A stretch of DNA of 64,000 bases, from NCBI RefSeq assembly GCF_947501425.1, contig NZ_CANMVN010000007.1, forward strand, positions 98,197 to 162,196, in the 5' to 3' direction. A program made the translations under genes and the position numbers. The notes under the pieces are model-generated. The model had not been told where the DNA came from, did not search any database, and was given only the letters and a program-made list of their open reading frames with translations. Positions 60,387 through 64,000 of the stretch are shown here, one piece after another (position 1 is the stretch's first letter; each line of letters opens with the position of its first letter). This DNA comes from an uncultured Psychroserpens sp. (GTDB taxonomy: Bacteria; Bacteroidota; Bacteroidia; Flavobacteriales; Flavobacteriaceae).

Positions 60387-60432
60387 AAAGTGATTCTTTA
60401 TATGTAGATGCAAAACTCTTGAAATGGTTGCG

Positions 60433-61191
60433 TCACAGGTCTTGGATTTCTCCTATGTATTGAATTTCATCCTCATCTTCAAAACCTACAACATCACGAT
60501 ATATAAAATACACAGGTAGATAGACTATAGAAATTGTAAATAGTAATCCTATTCCGCAAGCTATTATCCCTAGCATTCCCAATATTCCCGTGACAAACAT
60601 TGACCCAAAAGTTATAAGCCACTTCTTAGTTCCTAAATTGAAACTTAATTTTACAATCTCAGTCTCAGTCAATTCTGGGTTATTGGCAAAAACAATAGAA
60701 AAAAATGACAGCGGAATAAAAGCATATAAATATGGAATCAAAAATAATGCTTGAGCTACAGAAGCTATTAAGGCATAAATGAGTCCAAGTACAAATACTC
60801 TTTTGAGGTGTTCACCTCTAAAAAAATAAAACATATCTCCATTTTGCGTTTCCTTTAAATCAACTTGCCTACACATTCTGTAAAATCCTGCTAACATCCC
60901 TAAAGAAAAGGGGGTTAAAATTAATGTTTGAAGGATATTATCAATTGCACTGCTTCCGTAAAAACCAAAAAGACTAAACTCCTCATTCAAATTCACATCA
61001 TAAGGATTTGGAATAAGTCCAATAGTCACAAGTAAAAATGATATTATTCCTCCGAAAATCATTAGAACTAAAATCATCAAAAATCCCTTTAACCACATTT
61101 CTTTGAATAACTTAATTGAGAAATCCAGAATTTTTCCAAAATCTAAATGTTGAGCGTTCCTAATTTTATGTTGAATGTTTTGAAAAGTCAT
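60433..61191 (-). CDS. Multi-TM membrane protein
   Basis: Several hydrophobic helices; G...CGIGLLFTI motif. Confidence 0.72.
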   Translation of the reverse strand: MTFQNIQHKIRNAQHLDFGKILDFSIKLFKEMWLKGFLMILVLMIFGGIISFLLVTIGLIPNPYDVNLNEEFSLFGFYGSSAIDNILQTLILTPFSLGMLAGFYRMCRQVDLKETQNGDMFYFFRGEHLKRVFVLGLIYALIASVAQALFLIPYLYAFIPLSFFSIVFANNPELTETEIVKLSFNLGTKKWLITFGSMFVTGILGMLGIIACGIGLLFTISIVYLPVYFIYRDVVGFEDEDEIQYIGEIQDL

Positions 61192-61280
61192 ATGATTTAA
61201 TTTATGTATTAATCAAATGTAACTATTCTAATTAAGAAAAATAACACACTGACACTTTGTCAGATTACTTAAAATTATAC

Positions 61281-61288
61281 TATCTTTG
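61281..61288 (+). promoter_or_regulatory. -7 element (TATCTTTG) for miaB
   Basis: TAnnTTTG consensus 35 nt upstream of the ATG at 61324. Confidence 0.6.
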
Positions 61289-61323
61289 TATGCTTATTGA
61301 TATAATAAGACTTTCTGAGATTT

Positions 61324-62769
61324 ATGGAGAAAACAATAGATGAAAATAAACAAGGTGAAAGCCTAGTATTAGAACAAAAAAAAGGCAATACTCGTAAGTT
61401 ATTTATAGAAAGCTATGGCTGTGCTATGAATTTTAGCGATAGCGAAATTGTTGCTTCTATACTTTCTAATGAAGGTTTTAATACCACACAAAGTCTTGAA
61501 GATGCAGACCTCGTTTTGGTTAACACCTGCTCAATTCGTGATAAAGCCGAACAAACTGTTAGAAAACGTCTTGAAAAATACAATGCTGTAAAACGTATCA
61601 ACCCAAAAATGAAGGTTGGTGTTCTTGGCTGTATGGCCGAACGATTAAAAACAAAATTCCTAGAAGAAGAAAAGATTGTTGACCTTGTTGTTGGTCCAGA
61701 CGCTTATAAAGATCTACCAAATCTAATAGCTGAAGTGGATGAAGGTAGAGATGCTATTAATGTTATTCTCTCAAAAGAAGAAACTTATGGCGACATTTCT
61801 CCTGTTAGATTAAATAGCAATGGTGTTACTGCATTTGTTTCCATAACCAGAGGCTGTGATAATATGTGTACGTTCTGTGTGGTTCCATTTACACGCGGTC
61901 GTGAACGAAGTCGAGATCCGCAAAGTATTATTGAAGAAGTTAATGATTTGTGGGCTAAAGGTTACAAAGAAATCACGCTTTTAGGTCAGAATGTAGATAG
62001 CTATTTATGGTATGGTGGCGGACTCAAAAAAGATTTTGTCAATGCCACAGAGATGCAAAAAGCAACTGCAGTTAACTTTGCGCAACTCCTAGAGTTATGC
62101 GCCAAGGCACAGCCAAACATGCGCATTCGTTTTTCTACATCTAATCCGCAAGATTTGACACTGGATGTTATTGAAACCATGGCAAAATATGATAATATCT
62201 GCAAACATATTCATTTACCTGTGCAAAGCGGAAGCAATCGTATTCTTAAAGAAATGAACCGCTTGCATACGCGAGAAGAATATTTTGAACTTATCGATAA
62301 TATTAGACGTATCCTTCCAGAATGTGCTATTAGTCAGGATCTAATTGCCGGTTTTCCTACGGAAACGGAAGAAGATCATCAGGATACCTTAAGTTTGATG
62401 GACTATGTTAAGTACAATTTCGGGTATATGTTTACCTATTCTGAACGACCAGGAACATTAGCTGGCAGAAAAATGGAAGATGACGTTCCTGAAGAGACTA
62501 AGAAACGTCGATTAGCCGAAATCGTCCAACGTCAACGTGATCATAGTGAAATTAGAACCAAAGAATATTTAGACACTATTGTTGAAGTGCTGATCGAGCG
62601 TGAGTCAAAAAAATCAGACCAACAATGGTCTGGACGCACCTCACAAAATATAGTTGCAGTATTTCCGAAGGAACACTACAACATAGGCGATCTGGTCAAA
62701 GTAAAAGTAACCGATTGCACCAGCGCAACTCTTATTGGTACAGCACTCGGATATTCTAAGGACAATTAA
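61324..62769 (+). CDS. miaB: tRNA-2-methylthio-N6-dimethylallyladenosine synthase
   Basis: YGCAMN, NTCSIR, GCMA (UPF0004 domain); radical [11 protein letters not shown]; TRAM domain. Confidence 0.97.
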   Translation: MEKTIDENKQGESLVLEQKKGNTRKLFIESYGCAMNFSDSEIVASILSNEGFNTTQSLEDADLVLVNTCSIRDKAEQTVRKRLEKYNAVKRINPKMKVGVLGCMAERLKTKFLEEEKIVDLVVGPDAYKDLPNLIAEVDEGRDAINVILSKEETYGDISPVRLNSNGVTAFVSITRGCDNMCTFCVVPFTRGRERSRDPQSIIEEVNDLWAKGYKEITLLGQNVDSYLWYGGGLKKDFVNATEMQKATAVNFAQLLELCAKAQPNMRIRFSTSNPQDLTLDVIETMAKYDNICKHIHLPVQSGSNRILKEMNRLHTREEYFELIDNIRRILPECAISQDLIAGFPTETEEDHQDTLSLMDYVKYNFGYMFTYSERPGTLAGRKMEDDVPEETKKRRLAEIVQRQRDHSEIRTKEYLDTIVEVLIERESKKSDQQWSGRTSQNIVAVFPKEHYNIGDLVKVKVTDCTSATLIGTALGYSKDN

Positions 62770-62784
62770 TAAAGAAAGAAACAC

Positions 62785-64000
62785 ATGGAATCCATTCAAG
62801 CCATAAAACAACGTTTCGGAATTATAGGAAACGATCCAAAACTCAACCGAGCCATTGAAAAAGCAATTCAGGTGGCACCAACTGATATTTCAGTATTAGT
62901 TACTGGTGAAAGTGGTGTTGGAAAAGAAAGTATTCCGAAGATCATACACCAATTATCTCATCGTAAACACGGCAAGTATATTGCTGTAAACTGTGGTGCG
63001 ATACCTGAAGGAACGATTGATAGCGAATTATTTGGTCACGAGAAAGGTGCCTTTACAGGAGCCACACAAACGCGTTCGGGCTATTTTGAAGTCGCCGATG
63101 GCGGTACCATTTTCTTAGATGAAGTTGGCGAATTACCACTCACCACTCAAGTACGTTTACTACGTGTTCTTGAAAATGGCGAATTTATCAAAGTAGGTTC
63201 GAGTAAAGTTCAAAAAACCAATGTAAGAATTGTTGCAGCAACAAACGTTAATATGTTTGACGCCATTAAAAAAGAAAAGTTTCGTGAAGATTTGTATTAC
63301 AGATTAAGTACTATTGATATCAATCTTCCACCACTTCGGGAACGCAAAGATGATATTCACTTATTATTCAGAAAATTTGCCAGTGACTTTGCGCTTAAAT
63401 ACAAAATGCCAACCATAAAACTCACGGATGATGCTGTTAATATGCTACAAAAACACCGTTGGAATGGAAATATTCGTCAGTTGCGAAATGTAGCAGAGCA
63501 AATTTCAGTATTAGAACAAAACCGAACCATTAGCGCTGCAACATTACAAGGTTATCTACCAAGCGGAGGCAGTAATCTTCCAGCTGTGGTCAATGCTTCA
63601 AAAGCAGAAAGCGATTTCAGTAATGAACGTGAGATCTTATACAAAGTTCTTTTTGATATGAAAAGTGACCTCAATGACCTTAAGAAACTCACTATGGAAT
63701 TGATGAAAAGCGGCAATGTTTCAGACGTACAAAAAGACAATGAAGGTTTGATTGAAAAGATATACGGCACACCTCAAAAGGAATCAACTTCAGAATCATT
63801 TGAAGATCTAGAAATACTAGCTATTCCTGAGCAAACCGAAGACCATTACGATCCTGAAGATAAAAATCAGGACAAATATCATTTTGCTGAAGAAATAGAG
63901 GAAGAAGAAACCCTATCTTTACAAGACAAAGAATTAGAACTGATTAAAAAATCTTTGGAACGCCACCAAGGAAAGCGTAAGTTAGCAGCTGCCGAATTAG
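62785..64000 (+). CDS. Sigma-54-interacting (AAA+) transcriptional regulator without receiver domain; 3'-truncated
   Basis: Not in the ORF track. Hand translation from ATG 62785: MESIQAIKQRFGIIG...TGESGVGKE...NCGAIP...ELFGHEKGAFTGA...GGTIFLDEVGE...WNGNIRQLRN...; Fis-like HTH begins at the window end. Confidence 0.92.
   Translation, partial: MESIQAIKQRFGIIGNDPKLNRAIEKAIQVAPTDISVLVTGESGVGKESIPKIIHQLSHRKHGKYIAVNCGAIPEGTIDSELFGHEKGAFTGATQTRSGYFEVADGGTIFLDEVGELPLTTQVRLLRVLENGEFIKVGSSKVQKTNVRIVAATNVNMFDAIKKEKFREDLYYRLSTIDINLPPLRERKDDIHLLFRKFASDFALKYKMPTIKLTDDAVNMLQKHRWNGNIRQLRNVAEQISVLEQNRTISAATLQGYLPSGGSNLPAVVNASKAESDFSNEREILYKVLFDMKSDLNDLKKLTMELMKSGNVSDVQKDNEGLIEKIYGTPQKESTSESFEDLEILAIPEQTEDHYDPEDKNQDKYHFAEEIEEEETLSLQDKELELIKKSLERHQGKRKLAAAEL

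Overview
AT-rich chromosomal segment from a Bacteroidota, almost certainly a Flavobacteriaceae (gldKLMN motor, type-B T9SS cargo, TAnnTTTG -7 promoters, many acidic lipoproteins). It is mostly housekeeping genes (rluD-like, ddl, coaD, alaS, der, era, fhs, topA, miaB, initiator tRNA-Met) with accessory surface and signalling modules in between. I found no transposase, integrase, prophage, rRNA or CRISPR array. The standout is at the left edge (1-2354). A small gene with its own promoter encodes a twin-arginine/lipobox leader followed by ten (D/N)DGYY repeats whose codons are synonymously diversified. Directly downstream on the same strand lie a GT9 glycosyltransferase with a possible peptide-recognition (RRE-like) C-terminal extension and a DUF5672-type protein fused to a second domain; the latter is missing from the ORF track. 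This is a candidate new glycosylated repeat-peptide (RiPP-like) or surface-glycopeptide system. Second, an ECF sigma/FecR/TonB-dependent transducer module is tied to a divergent pair of acidic lipoproteins by two identical TGGGACA-N12-GTTGTTTTAA promoter-like sites. All family assignments come from motif recognition, not database searches.
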